The notes under the pieces are model-generated. The model saw only the letters and a program-made list of their open reading frames with translations. It made no database searches and had not been told where the DNA came from. The translations under genes and the position numbers were made by a program. This document shows positions 63,627-64,000 of a stretch of 64,000 nt of DNA, one piece after another. Numbering within the stretch: position 1 is the first letter of the stretch; the number at the start of each line of letters is the position of its first letter. Source of the stretch: Verrucomicrobiota bacterium (GTDB lineage: Bacteria > Verrucomicrobiota > Verrucomicrobiia > Verrucomicrobiales > DEV007); assembly GCA_030625775.1 (NCBI GenBank), contig DAOUQC010000014.1, forward strand, positions 7,907 through 71,906, given 5' to 3'.

Positions 63627-64000
63627 CTAGCTTTCGATGAGTTTGAGGGCGGAGTCAATAGAGGCGTTTTCGTGGACGATGGATTGAAGGGCGGCCGCCA
63701 TTTTGGGAGGGGCTGAATGTTGCCAGACATTGCGACCGATGGCGACACCGGCAGCTCCGGCGTCCATGGCATTGCGGACGATGCTCAGCAGGTCGCGGTC
63801 ATTGCCGCCGGAAGCTCCGCCCAGAATGATGACTGGCACGGGGCAGGCATCGATTATTTTGCTGAAATCGTCCACCGAGGCTCCGGTGGGATAAGCGGTT
63901 TTTACCACGTCGGTTCCCAGCTCGACCGCCATGCGGGCGGCAAAAATAATGTTTTCCACTGTATAATCATTCGGTCGCCCAATGCCGAAGGGCAAGGTTT
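63627..64000 (-). CDS. Class I (DhnA/LsrF/DeoC-type) aldolase, 5' part outside window
   Basis: Stop at 63627-63629, and the frame stays open to the window edge. Schiff-base lysine context GTDVVKTAYP and ILGGAS..D motifs. Confidence 0.75.
   Translation of the reverse strand, partial: TLPFGIGRPNDYTVENIIFAARMAVELGTDVVKTAYPTGASVDDFSKIIDACPVPVIILGGASGGNDRDLLSIVRNAMDAGAAGVAIGRNVWQHSAPPKMAAALQSIVHENASIDSALKLIES

Noticed and set aside
1-64000. Search by eye for tRNA/rRNA/tmRNA genes, transposases, integrases, toxin-antitoxin pairs and known defence genes
   Set aside because: None was recognised. The intergenic regions lack T-arm-like GGTTCGAATCC motifs, and no ORF shows DDE/tyrosine-recombinase or defence hallmarks. 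Absence by eye is not proof, so tRNAscan, Rfam and DefenseFinder-type scans should confirm it.

Overview
The window is a dense chromosomal segment of about 58 protein genes, roughly four fifths of them on the minus strand. The gene content points to a Verrucomicrobiota or other PVC-superphylum bacterium. Supporting this are a PSCyt/DUF1549/DUF1553 plus DUF1501 gene pair, a Pirellula/Verrucomicrobium-type membrane-bound-dehydrogenase/HEAT/CxxCH protein, DUF1080, several TPR proteins and SHD1-like lipoproteins. The backbone is housekeeping: dnaG-rpoD, rho, yebC, lexA, nadA, bioF, a PBP5-type D-Ala-D-Ala carboxypeptidase, yaaA, two tandem pilT ATPases and an NAD-type formate dehydrogenase. The less ordinary modules are: (i) a six-gene translationally coupled hydrolase/PLP/SDR/aldolase operon with a doeA/doeB-like core (1764-7873); (ii) a GC-rich heavy-metal-type two-component system followed by a cytochrome c carrying a 57-bp tandem-repeat CxxC/Gly/Lys tail (16692-19673), with a low-GC gene remnant next to it; (iii) an operon of an internally duplicated lipoprotein, a LuxC-like reductase and a divergent IF-1-like OB-fold protein (24220-26765); (iv) a GntR / ceramidase-like / PVC heme-dehydrogenase operon with paired candidate operators; (v) a four-domain CoADR-rhodanese-TusA-DsrE fusion; and (vi) two unrelated nested-palindrome elements in intergenic DNA. 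Rho and RpoD both carry long low-complexity N-terminal extensions. By eye I saw no rRNA, tRNA, CRISPR array, transposase/integrase or recognisable defence gene. Nothing here is demonstrably a new system, and the best candidates are ranked in the findings. All family calls come from motif recognition by eye, not from database searches. Start codons were checked against the sequence, and several track ORFs begin at TTG/GTG and were trimmed to the first plausible ATG.
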